From positions 12,045 to 76,044 of IMG/VR virus record IMGVR_UViG_3300034063_001922: 64,000 bases of DNA. The stretch is one strand, 5' to 3'. The notes under the pieces were generated by a model. That model worked only from the letters and a program-made list of their open reading frames with translations. It did no database searches and was not told where the DNA came from. Shown here piece after piece: positions 47,891 through 56,739 of this stretch. Source of the DNA: a virus. Position numbers and translations under genes: made by a program. Position 1 is the first letter of the stretch; every line of letters starts with the position of its first letter.

Positions 47891-49081
47891 CTACGATTCC
47901 GAAAGCTCTATTCGTAGTTGTGGCTCATGAAGATCCTTGATTACCGCATCTGCAAATCTATTTTCTTTGCCGGCATCCCGGTATACCTCATGGGTGGCCT
48001 GTAAGCTATCACTCCCTTCATTTGATTGGGCTGTTTCCAAGATCGCTCCAGCCTTTCTGGCTGCTGGAGGCTTCCGACGTCGTTGTCGATTAGGCTCTGG
48101 CTCCTTACCTCGAAACATTGAAGAGCTAGCCTCTTGTCTTGATGTAATTTCGAACTTTCCTGAAAGACCCCATACCTCTAAAAAGCCTCTTTCGACTGGG
48201 CTAAGCCCTAAAAAGACTCCAGTAGTGATGTCCCAAGCTGCAACAGTTGCATTATCTCTGCCGCCCTTCCATTCAGATAAGACAGTCAACCTGCGTGCGA
48301 TTTCCCTGGACGAACCTGCACTTACAACAATTTCCTTGAATAGTTGCTGGTCGATTTCGTGGGCACCATCAGAGGTCAGGAATAGGCAGTGATACAGATC
48401 AGTGTCAGAGACTGGGATACCATGAACCTGGATCCCTTTGCCCATCCCTACATACTGAAGTAATTCCCTGAACTGAGCCGGTGGAGTTGGAACTTCCATG
48501 CCAGATAGAATATTTCCAAGGCTATCATCTGTAGAGATCTGCTTAATATCTCCACTCTTTAAAAATCCATAAACCCTGCTATCGCCAACATTTACACATG
48601 CCCAGTCGCCGTTGCTGGTGGATCCAATTGCGGATAAGGTCGCGCCTCCTCTGCCAGAGAAATGGCTAAAGACTTCTTCGTTAGCGGCTTCGGTTGCGTT
48701 GCGAAGTTGATCAACCAGAGAATCTGACTTTGCTGCAGAGAATGCGGCAACAAAGGAGCTAATTGCTAACTCTGCTGCTGTAGCACCTTCCCTCATTCCA
48801 CCCATGCCATCACAAAGGACTAGGGCCGTTGTCATGGGCCATCCATCCCGCTGAGGTATCAGCCGAAGGAAAGCGGCTCTATCCTGATTCTCATCCCTCT
48901 TGCCGATTGTGCTGGAGAAAGTAACTGATCCTTCTTCTACAGATGAAAAGCCTGTATTCCTTCCACGATGAATCCAGCGAAGGACAGCCTTCCGAACATC
49001 TTCTTGGAAGGACCCAGCAGGAGCCACCTCGGGTGTGCCAACGTACCCAGCGATCCTAGCTGTCCTTGGCCTGGCCTGCAC
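47891..49081 (-). CDS. PP2C-family Ser/Thr phosphatase
   Basis: GKRDENQD, CDGMGG, NVGDSR, TSDG, DNAT. Confidence 0.92.
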   Translation of the reverse strand: MQARPRTARIAGYVGTPEVAPAGSFQEDVRKAVLRWIHRGRNTGFSSVEEGSVTFSSTIGKRDENQDRAAFLRLIPQRDGWPMTTALVLCDGMGGMREGATAAELAISSFVAAFSAAKSDSLVDQLRNATEAANEEVFSHFSGRGGATLSAIGSTSNGDWACVNVGDSRVYGFLKSGDIKQISTDDSLGNILSGMEVPTPPAQFRELLQYVGMGKGIQVHGIPVSDTDLYHCLFLTSDGAHEIDQQLFKEIVVSAGSSREIARRLTVLSEWKGGRDNATVAAWDITTGVFLGLSPVERGFLEVWGLSGKFEITSRQEASSSMFRGKEPEPNRQRRRKPPAARKAGAILETAQSNEGSDSLQATHEVYRDAGKENRFADAVIKDLHEPQLRIELSES

Positions 49082-49171
49082 TTATGTTATCTCTCTGGAT
49101 GCATAGAGGATCCTTCCCACTGCCGCCAGTTCTTCGGAGTTAGTCAAATTTACATCTGAGGCACAGGTGAT

Positions 49172-49669
49172 TTACAGAATCTCAAAGCGAAAGCTACTTG
49201 CCTCGCGAAGCCGAAGATCATGCAGCCACAAACCGTGACCACCATTAAAGGAAATCATCGGCTCAAGCTCATCAGACACAGAAGGGGGAGTGATTTCACC
49301 CAAAGCGCTGGGAAGCAGTCCGGTTCTGACCAGTCGCTCTGACATGATCGAAGAAGATATTTTAGAGATGTCTAAAGAGATTCTCCACTCATCTTCTTGC
49401 TGAAGATTTCCATGGTCGGGACCTCCCGGCAGTCTCATCGCTCGTCCTAAGCGAAATGGAAGGGCCTCGCTAGACGCAGAGAGATCGGCATAGTCAATTT
49501 TTCCATATGCGTACCTGACAGCCTGAGGATTCCAGTCATCGCGAAGGCTGCCATCAGGGTGCTTCATCTCATGCTCACCGGGCTGCTGTTGGTTCCATCG
49601 ATTAAAGCATTCTTGAAGACAGCTGACCAAATCGGCTTCAGAAATCTGGAGAAGGACTCGATCGTGCAA
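49172..49669 (-). CDS. Hypothetical protein
   Basis: AT-richer ORF upstream of the phosphatase, same strand. Confidence 0.5.
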   Translation of the reverse strand: MHDRVLLQISEADLVSCLQECFNRWNQQQPGEHEMKHPDGSLRDDWNPQAVRYAYGKIDYADLSASSEALPFRLGRAMRLPGGPDHGNLQQEDEWRISLDISKISSSIMSERLVRTGLLPSALGEITPPSVSDELEPMISFNGGHGLWLHDLRLREASSFRFEIL

Positions 49670-50046
49670 TGGCTGAGCAAACTCAAGAGCTGCTGCTCTC
49701 GAATGTGACCAACTGCAAATATAAGCCAGTCCGCTGTACAGCCTTTCGGCGCTCTCAAAGAACTTCTTGCACCTCTGGTCTTCGTGAATTGGGCATTCTC
49801 CTCCAATCCCTAATTGCTAAAGTTCGTTCCTCTGCTCATCTCTTGTCTTGAGCATCTCGCTTTCCTGGGTGTCGTCGTCGTGAATAAATGCTCTTTAAAA
49901 GTGTATCCTATTAAGCTCGAGATCGCGCTCTGCTAGGGATTTGGTCGCCCCACGATATAGAAAAGCCTCCGATGATGCCTGGCTGCACTGCTTGCGACTG
50001 AGACACTCCTTGAATCGATACAGCATGATGCTCGGTGAAATAGTGT

Positions 50047-53000
50047 TTATAGGCCTTTGAGTGCATCCTCATAAGTCGCTCGATCGGGAGGGCATTCGAT
50101 GGAAAAAGCTTGGCACTCCCTCATGGGAAACAACGGACTCCCCGGCACCCAAAGCTCACAGCTATCACTGTTGTCCTCGTAGTAGGAAGCGTTGCAGGTG
50201 ACGCGCATTTCCTTGTCGAGACCTGGTTGGGTCCAGGCGAAGTCGTAGGCGCCAATCGCGCGGGCGCTGCAACCGGGTGGCAGCAAGGCCGGCTGCCTGA
50301 GAATGGCTTCCAGATCAGACAGGGTGAGCGGCGGGGGCTGCAGGGTGTTCACCACATCACGGATGGCATCGAGATCCTGGAGGACGTCATCAAGGTCCAG
50401 GCCCTTGATCTCGGGCTCCTGCTGCACAGCAGCCACCGCAGATGCCCGCGCCTTTTCCCGCTGATCACGGCTGACGAGGGTGGCCTGGGAGATGGAGCTG
50501 GATGCCTTGGCAAGGATCGGCTGCAGCTTGCCCACCACCTGCTCGAACATCGCGATCCGGCCCTTCAACGCCCGGTACACATCAGCCTCCACGGTGCCAT
50601 CGAGGTGCAGGTTGATGATCTGCATCTGCTCGTGGGTCTGGCCGATGCGGTCGATTCGGCCGATGCGCTGCTCTACTCGCATCGGGTTCCAGGGCATGTC
50701 GTAGTTGATCAGGGCTCCGCAGAACTGGAAGTTCAGGCCTTCAGCCGCGGCATCGGTGCAGAGCAGGATCTCGGCCTTGCCTTCCTTGAATCCGCGTTTG
50801 GTGGCCTCGCGGTTCAGCGCCTTCCACACCCCGCCCTTCTGGAGGATCTCGCCACCGCGACCGGTGAAGGCCATCAGGCTGGTGCGCCCTGCGCCGATCA
50901 GCAGCGCCTTGAGGGCATCAACCGTGTCGGTGTACTGGGAGAAGACGATCACCTGCTTGTAGCCCTGGGCCTGCAACTGCTCGATGGCCTTGAGGAACTC
51001 GGATCCCTTGCTGTCGTGGCCGACCAGGGGCCTGGCCTGATCGAGGAGCACCCCGATGGCATCGAGCTCGATCTGCAGCGAGGCCTCCTGGAAGGCGCTC
51101 TGCATGCCCTCCAGATCAAGGGTGAGTTCACCCGTGATGTCGTCGTCTTCGCTGGCGGCGGCGTCTTCCTCCAGCTGTTGCTGCTGGCCGGCCATCCGTT
51201 TCTCCAGGGTGGAGACCAGTGCAGCCACACTGCTGGCCAGCCGGCGGCGGTAGATCGTCATCACGAAGCCCACAGCCGACTTCTTCTGGCCGGTTGCCTG
51301 GGAGTACTGGGTGGAGATGAAGTCCTCCACGGCGTCGTAGAGCGCCCGCTCCTGCGGGGTGCTCTCCAGGAAGCGGTCGTCCACATGGCGGGTGCCGATG
51401 GCTAGATCCATTGATCCCTGCTGCTTGTAGGCCCGCAGCAGGTTGCGGCTGTGGCGCGAGATCAAACCCTGCACCGGGGTCCAGCGTTTGGCCAGGGCCA
51501 GCGAGGCCTGGCGGATCTCGATGCTGAGATTGCGGCGGGAGAGGGGATCGGTGTCGTTCAGGGCCCGTAGGGCCTTGCGTTTGCGCAGCGGCGATTTCCG
51601 CAGATCTTCCGGCATGGCGTTGCCCGGGGCCTCGCCAAACGCGGTCACGCTGCTGCGCCACAACCCTGCTAGGTACGAAAGGGTGGCCTCATCCGGGTTC
51701 TCCTTCTCCACCCACTCGAAGAAGCGCTCGAAGGCGTCTTCGGTCCACTCGGGTGGCATGCCCAGCAGGGCGAGCAGGTCCCACACCTCCAGCTCGCTCA
51801 CCTGCATCGGTGTGGCGGTGAGCAGCAGCAGTCCGTTGGTGCGCTGGCGCAGCTGCTGCATGAGCTGCATCAGGGTGTTGGGGCGGAGGCGCTCACCGCC
51901 GCTGCTGCTGTTCTCCCGACGGGTGCGGGCATGGTGGGCTTCATCGAGCACCACCAGGTCGTAGGTCTCGGCTTCCAGCAGATCCTTGTGGCGGTCGCGC
52001 CGTCGCATCAGGTGGCTGGAGACCAGCACGAAGGGCTCTGCAGTCCAGCTGCTCCGGTCCACGGGTCTGGAGAGCCCAGCTGGGCGGAAGCGGGTGGGTT
52101 GCCAGTCGAGCGACTTGCCGCTGTAGATGGGCCAGTCGAGGCCGAACTTCTCGCGCAGTTCCCGCTGCCACTGCTTGAGCACAGACGCAGGTGCCATCAC
52201 CAGCATGCGCCGGGCACGGCCGCTCAACCACGCCTGGCGCAGCAGCAGGCCGGCCTGCACCGTTTTGCCGAGGCCCACCTCGTCGGCGATCAGCAGGCGG
52301 GGAGGCCACTGCTGCCAGAGGCGCTGGAAGGCCCGCTGCTGATGGGGCCAGGGGGTGACGGCACTGGTGCCTTCTCCAACCCGTTCGGCCCCGGGCAGAT
52401 CGCTGGCGGCGGCCTGGAGCACGTAGCTCCAGACAATGCGGCGCCGTTCATCGATGTCGGGGACGATCTCCACGACGGCCTCAGGCTCCGGCGCGGGCAG
52501 ATCCTTGAGGAAGGGTTTGAGACGACGGGGCAGAGTCTCCTCGGCCGGTGCATAGATGGCCAGTTGCTGGCGGATTGCCTCGGGCAGGGTGAAGGTGCGG
52601 GCGCCGGAGTCTTGGTTTTCCCAGAGTCGCAGGAAGCCAGCCTCCAGATCATCGATGGCCTCGGCACCACCAGGCTTCCAGGAGCAGAAGGTCTGGATGG
52701 TTTCGAAGTTGCTGGTCCAGCCGTTGGGAGTTTCATTGACGCTGCCGCTGAAGCCCAGCCGCTGCCCTTCCTTGTCTTCGATCACGCCTTCCTTGGCATG
52801 GAAGATTGCGCCGTCGTTGACAATCAGCCCGTCGATGAGGGGCAGCCCCACCCGGATCTCCAGGTGCCCACGGTCCACTAGCCAGGCCAGGAGCTCGGCC
52901 CCGAGGGCTGCGGCTCCCTGGCCGCCTGGCTCTACACCCTTGAAGGGGAAGTGATTTGAGAGGTGACCAGTGAGAACGGTTTCAGCGGGGGTTCCAGCCG

Positions 53001-53259
53001 CCAGGGCAGCAATATCGGGCTCGCTGAGGAACACGCCTGTGATCAGGCGCATCTGGCCATGCCCATGCCCATCGGGTGAAGACGCCACCAGGTGTTCCAC
53101 ACCTTCCAGTACCTGGAGAAGGGAGCGGCTGGTGAAGTACCCGGTGATGCGCCAGTAGCGGGTGGCATCCATCAGGACCGGCCTGTAGAAACCCTCCAAC
53201 AGACTCTCGATCGAGCTGCTGAAGCGCCCCCTCCAGGCGTGATCGGCGAGGCCTGCCAT
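50047..53259 (-). CDS. PLD-nuclease + SNF2-family helicase
   Basis: FHAKEGVIED..SGSVNET (HKD-type); ADEVGLGKT, DEAHH, TATP, EGLN, QRIGRIDR. Confidence 0.92.
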   Translation of the reverse strand: MAGLADHAWRGRFSSSIESLLEGFYRPVLMDATRYWRITGYFTSRSLLQVLEGVEHLVASSPDGHGHGQMRLITGVFLSEPDIAALAAGTPAETVLTGHLSNHFPFKGVEPGGQGAAALGAELLAWLVDRGHLEIRVGLPLIDGLIVNDGAIFHAKEGVIEDKEGQRLGFSGSVNETPNGWTSNFETIQTFCSWKPGGAEAIDDLEAGFLRLWENQDSGARTFTLPEAIRQQLAIYAPAEETLPRRLKPFLKDLPAPEPEAVVEIVPDIDERRRIVWSYVLQAAASDLPGAERVGEGTSAVTPWPHQQRAFQRLWQQWPPRLLIADEVGLGKTVQAGLLLRQAWLSGRARRMLVMAPASVLKQWQRELREKFGLDWPIYSGKSLDWQPTRFRPAGLSRPVDRSSWTAEPFVLVSSHLMRRRDRHKDLLEAETYDLVVLDEAHHARTRRENSSSGGERLRPNTLMQLMQQLRQRTNGLLLLTATPMQVSELEVWDLLALLGMPPEWTEDAFERFFEWVEKENPDEATLSYLAGLWRSSVTAFGEAPGNAMPEDLRKSPLRKRKALRALNDTDPLSRRNLSIEIRQASLALAKRWTPVQGLISRHSRNLLRAYKQQGSMDLAIGTRHVDDRFLESTPQERALYDAVEDFISTQYSQATGQKKSAVGFVMTIYRRRLASSVAALVSTLEKRMAGQQQQLEEDAAASEDDDITGELTLDLEGMQSAFQEASLQIELDAIGVLLDQARPLVGHDSKGSEFLKAIEQLQAQGYKQVIVFSQYTDTVDALKALLIGAGRTSLMAFTGRGGEILQKGGVWKALNREATKRGFKEGKAEILLCTDAAAEGLNFQFCGALINYDMPWNPMRVEQRIGRIDRIGQTHEQMQIINLHLDGTVEADVYRALKGRIAMFEQVVGKLQPILAKASSSISQATLVSRDQREKARASAVAAVQQEPEIKGLDLDDVLQDLDAIRDVVNTLQPPPLTLSDLEAILRQPALLPPGCSARAIGAYDFAWTQPGLDKEMRVTCNASYYEDNSDSCELWVPGSPLFPMRECQAFSIECPPDRATYEDALKGL

Positions 53260-53265
53260 GGCTGC

Positions 53266-56262
53266 TTACGCCTCGGCCAGTTCCGCCAGCACCAGTTCCA
53301 GCTGCTTGGGCGCCGGCACCTGCTCCGCCAGGGCGAGGCGGCGGAGGTTCTCCAGGGCTTCGAAGTCGGAGGCGGCAGGCGCAGCAGCCTTCACCGGATC
53401 GAAGCCGGTGTAGCGGGCGGAGAGGGGCAGGACTTCGAGCACGGCCTCCAGAGCAGTGAGGAAGTCGCCGCTGTTGGCCAGGCCGTTGTCGTCGAGCAGC
53501 TGCTTGGCGGAATTGAGGTCGATGCTGCGGGCGCGGTGGGCGCAGTGGTGGATGGCATCGATCCAGGAGCGGGTGCCATCGGGAGCGCCGAGCTTGCCCT
53601 TGGTAGCGCGGGTGGAGCTATCCCAGAGGATCAGATCGCTCGCCTTCTTCTCCGCGAGCACGCCCACCACGTCTTTGTCGAGATCCAGCCCCACCACCCG
53701 GGCCAGGCGCAAGGCTTCGTCGTATGGGAACTGGGGTGCCTGGAAGGCATCCCAGGCGAGCACAAACCACTCCGTGAGGGGATCGAGCTGGGCTCGGCGG
53801 GATCCGGAGGTGAGTTTCTCCATGCGCCAGGCCTTCACCTCGCGGCGGGCGGCGTCGAGGGCATCCTCCGGGCTAACGGCGTAGGGATCGTCCTGCTCCA
53901 GTAGCTCTTCCAGCGTGAGTTGGGCACGTCCGCGCTTTCTCGTTTTCTCTTCGATGGGTTTGGGCTGTCCGCGTTTAATCGGCCAGTGCAGGGAGAACTC
54001 CTCCAGTGCAGGTCCGAAACAGGAGAGGTAGAGATCAACCCCGCGGATGCCGCCGGCTTGGAACTGCTCGATGCGCTGGCGCACAGCGGCCTTCACCCGA
54101 GGTTCGAGGTCTTCCCAGTACTGCACGCCGTCTTCCGGCTTTTGCACAGGGCGCGGTCTGCAGACCAGGAAAATCGTGCTGTTGGCGGCCGACTTGTCCT
54201 TGATATGGAGTGATCCCTCGGCCTCAGTGTTGATCGGCCAGGACGCGGTGATCGCGAACCCTGCATCAATGAGGCCTTTAGTGAGTGCATCCCAAGCTCC
54301 CGTGGCTTTGTGGGTGAACATCAAGGTCATCACGCCATCGTCCTTGAGGACGCGTCGACACTCCCTAAAGATTTCGGCCATCTTCTGTTGATAGTCCAGC
54401 CCAGCCAGAGCCTTGGCGCCCTTCTTGCCCTCATGGCGGGCAGGATTGGCAACAGCTTCGTTGTCTTTGTCGGTGAGCGGCACCATGAACAGCTCTGGAT
54501 AGAGCATGCCGGCGGTGCGCTTGAGCCAGACGTAGAAGAAGTCGCTCAACTCCGCATACATCACGTTGTCGTAATAGGGTGGATCCATTACCACCGCATC
54601 CACCGTGCCGTTCTGCAGATGGGAGAGGGAATCGCCGGAGCCACAGTTGATCAGCACTGGCGCCTGCTGGGGAGAAGCTGTGTCTCCAGAGCTTGCAGCA
54701 AACAAAGGGCCGGCATTGGCGGGCGCGGCACTGCTAGGGGCGATCAACTCGACAAGCTCACCAATGCAGCGACTGGTCTTTTCAAAAGCCCAGTCGTAGC
54801 CAACGCCGGAAACCATTGCAGCCATCTCGGCGTAGGACACCTTGAAAGCAAAGTCATGCCGATCAAAGACAGAACGAACACGCAAGATCGTTGAATCCCA
54901 TCTGCAAGATCTTGAATTGTAGTTGAGCAAGGTATCGATAGACAAAGCCACGTAACCCAGCGCCGCTCGCTGAAGGTCGCTAAGTTCTCCATTGCAAACA
55001 GTTTCTTCCTGAACAAGTTCGCGGAAGATTTCCACGCTGGTGCCATGGCAGAGCAGCTGACGGGGTGAGAACAATGCGAGGAAGTCGGTGGCGTCGTACT
55101 GCGCTGGAGTATTGCCATGAGTCCACGACTCGGTATCCATCGGCAAGAGCTCATTCGGCACCAAATCCAGCGCCTCCCACTCCGGCAGCTTTTCCGCCAA
55201 CGCTGCTTCAATAGCGGCGCTGTTGTCATCTTCCTGGCGTGGGGCCCGATAGCCCCGTTCCCACTTCTCCTTTTTCGGCTTGCCGGTTTTGGTGTATTCG
55301 GTGGGCAGCTTGCGCTTGAACACCACTGCATACAACTGCTCGCCCATGCCGCCGGCCTGGGATTGAGCCTTTAACTGATTGCCGTCAATCACCCGGCCGC
55401 AGTCGGGATAGGGACAGGTGGCATCGCCGCCCTTCATCGTCCCGTCACTCTGCTGGCGGGCACTGCCCACAATTTCAAAGACGCAATGACGGCTGGCATC
55501 GCCGGGACCATCACCCAACTGTGGGACCACCTTCACGCCGGTGCCATCAGGAGCCAGCCTCCAGTTCGGGGACAGCGGTACCTTGCCCGCGCAGTAAGGG
55601 CAGTGGATGGTGCGGGCCCATAGGTAGCCATCTGGGCGGCAATCGGGCGATGGTTCCAGGGGAAAGGCCCAGCCCAAACGCTCTCGCACGCGTCCGGCCA
55701 GCTCCTCCCCAAGTCGCTTCACCTCATTCACTAGGGGAGGGCCGAACTTCGACGGCCACTCAAAGGTGGCCTTCTCAACAAGCACCGCCACGGGGTTGAT
55801 GTCATTTGCAAAGGTGGTGCAACCAATACGGAGTGCTTCGAATGGGATTGCTCCACCGCCAGCCGTTGGGTCAAGAACTGTGGGCTGATGAATGCCAAGT
55901 CTCTGGGCTTCCTCCAGCAGCCAGAACAGCTCCTTCTCACTGGGTGAATAGCTGAACGCACGGCTATAGCCATAGGCATCGGCGCCCAGTCGTACACCTT
56001 CACGCGTTGCCTTGGCAATTCGCTTCTTGGCCGCCACCGGATCGCCATGGATACCGAGCATGTGCATAAAGGTCTTGCGATCGGCATCGGCCGGGAGCAA
56101 CGAGGCCAGCACTGCCGCCCGCGAGGCCACCAGGGGCCGGCGCGCCCACCACACATGCAAGCGGTTCGGAGCTGGGAAGGGCGTCATTGGCGTCCGCTCG
56201 CGAACACTCTCGATTCCGATTTCGGCGATCGGCAGCCACTCCTCGATCAGGCGTTTGGTCAT
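53266..56262 (-). CDS. DUF1156 DNA adenine methyltransferase with Zn ribbon
   Basis: LHVWWARRPL, DPTAGGG, CPYC..CPYPDC, DPPYYDNVMY. Confidence 0.92.
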   Translation of the reverse strand: MTKRLIEEWLPIAEIGIESVRERTPMTPFPAPNRLHVWWARRPLVASRAAVLASLLPADADRKTFMHMLGIHGDPVAAKKRIAKATREGVRLGADAYGYSRAFSYSPSEKELFWLLEEAQRLGIHQPTVLDPTAGGGAIPFEALRIGCTTFANDINPVAVLVEKATFEWPSKFGPPLVNEVKRLGEELAGRVRERLGWAFPLEPSPDCRPDGYLWARTIHCPYCAGKVPLSPNWRLAPDGTGVKVVPQLGDGPGDASRHCVFEIVGSARQQSDGTMKGGDATCPYPDCGRVIDGNQLKAQSQAGGMGEQLYAVVFKRKLPTEYTKTGKPKKEKWERGYRAPRQEDDNSAAIEAALAEKLPEWEALDLVPNELLPMDTESWTHGNTPAQYDATDFLALFSPRQLLCHGTSVEIFRELVQEETVCNGELSDLQRAALGYVALSIDTLLNYNSRSCRWDSTILRVRSVFDRHDFAFKVSYAEMAAMVSGVGYDWAFEKTSRCIGELVELIAPSSAAPANAGPLFAASSGDTASPQQAPVLINCGSGDSLSHLQNGTVDAVVMDPPYYDNVMYAELSDFFYVWLKRTAGMLYPELFMVPLTDKDNEAVANPARHEGKKGAKALAGLDYQQKMAEIFRECRRVLKDDGVMTLMFTHKATGAWDALTKGLIDAGFAITASWPINTEAEGSLHIKDKSAANSTIFLVCRPRPVQKPEDGVQYWEDLEPRVKAAVRQRIEQFQAGGIRGVDLYLSCFGPALEEFSLHWPIKRGQPKPIEEKTRKRGRAQLTLEELLEQDDPYAVSPEDALDAARREVKAWRMEKLTSGSRRAQLDPLTEWFVLAWDAFQAPQFPYDEALRLARVVGLDLDKDVVGVLAEKKASDLILWDSSTRATKGKLGAPDGTRSWIDAIHHCAHRARSIDLNSAKQLLDDNGLANSGDFLTALEAVLEVLPLSARYTGFDPVKAAAPAASDFEALENLRRLALAEQVPAPKQLELVLAELAEA

Positions 56263-56263
56263 G

Positions 56264-56293
56264 AGTTCAGTTCAGTTCAGTTCAGTTCAGTTC
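56264..56293. repeat. (AGTTC)6 pentanucleotide microsatellite
   Basis: Six perfect copies filling the gap between the upstream stop and the MTase ATG. Confidence 0.95.
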
Positions 56294-56739
56294 GCAGAGA
56301 GCAGAAGACGAAGAGCTGCCAGCACCCGCCTGGGGTTCTTCCGGTGCATGGCCATCCCCAGCCAGTAGGCGGCCTCCTCGCGGGCCATGGCATCGATGCC
56401 ACGGGCGCAGTTCTCGATCGCGGCCACGTTGCGCATCGGGGCCAGCAGCTTGAACAGCAGCCCCATCGCCAGGGCCAGATCCTCAGAGAGTGCGTCCCGC
56501 CGGCCCTCGCCTTTCTTGAGCTTGGCCAGGCTCACCTGCTCGGCCTTGAGCCGCCGGAGCACTGCTCCCTCCACCAGCAAGAGCTTGTGGCCGCCGAGGC
56601 CCGCAATGCGCCGAGGCTCTTTCAGCTCAGGGGTGGCGGTGCTGGGCACCTGCCACACCTCCAGCTCCAGATCGCTGGGGCCGCGCTGCCTGCTGCGCAG
56701 TTCGTAGGCCGGCCGGCCAGAAGCAATGGCCTGGGTCAT
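56287..56739 (-). CDS. DUF3780-like small protein of DUF499 systems
   Basis: EEAAYWL..ALRLLL C-terminus; position between the DUF499 and DUF1156 genes. Confidence 0.7.
   Translation of the reverse strand: MTQAIASGRPAYELRSRQRGPSDLELEVWQVPSTATPELKEPRRIAGLGGHKLLLVEGAVLRRLKAEQVSLAKLKKGEGRRDALSEDLALAMGLLFKLLAPMRNVAAIENCARGIDAMAREEAAYWLGMAMHRKNPRRVLAALRLLLSAN

Noticed and set aside
56264-56293. CRISPR array (GTTC-containing repeats)
   Set aside because: Contiguous 5-mers without spacers; no cas operon in the window.
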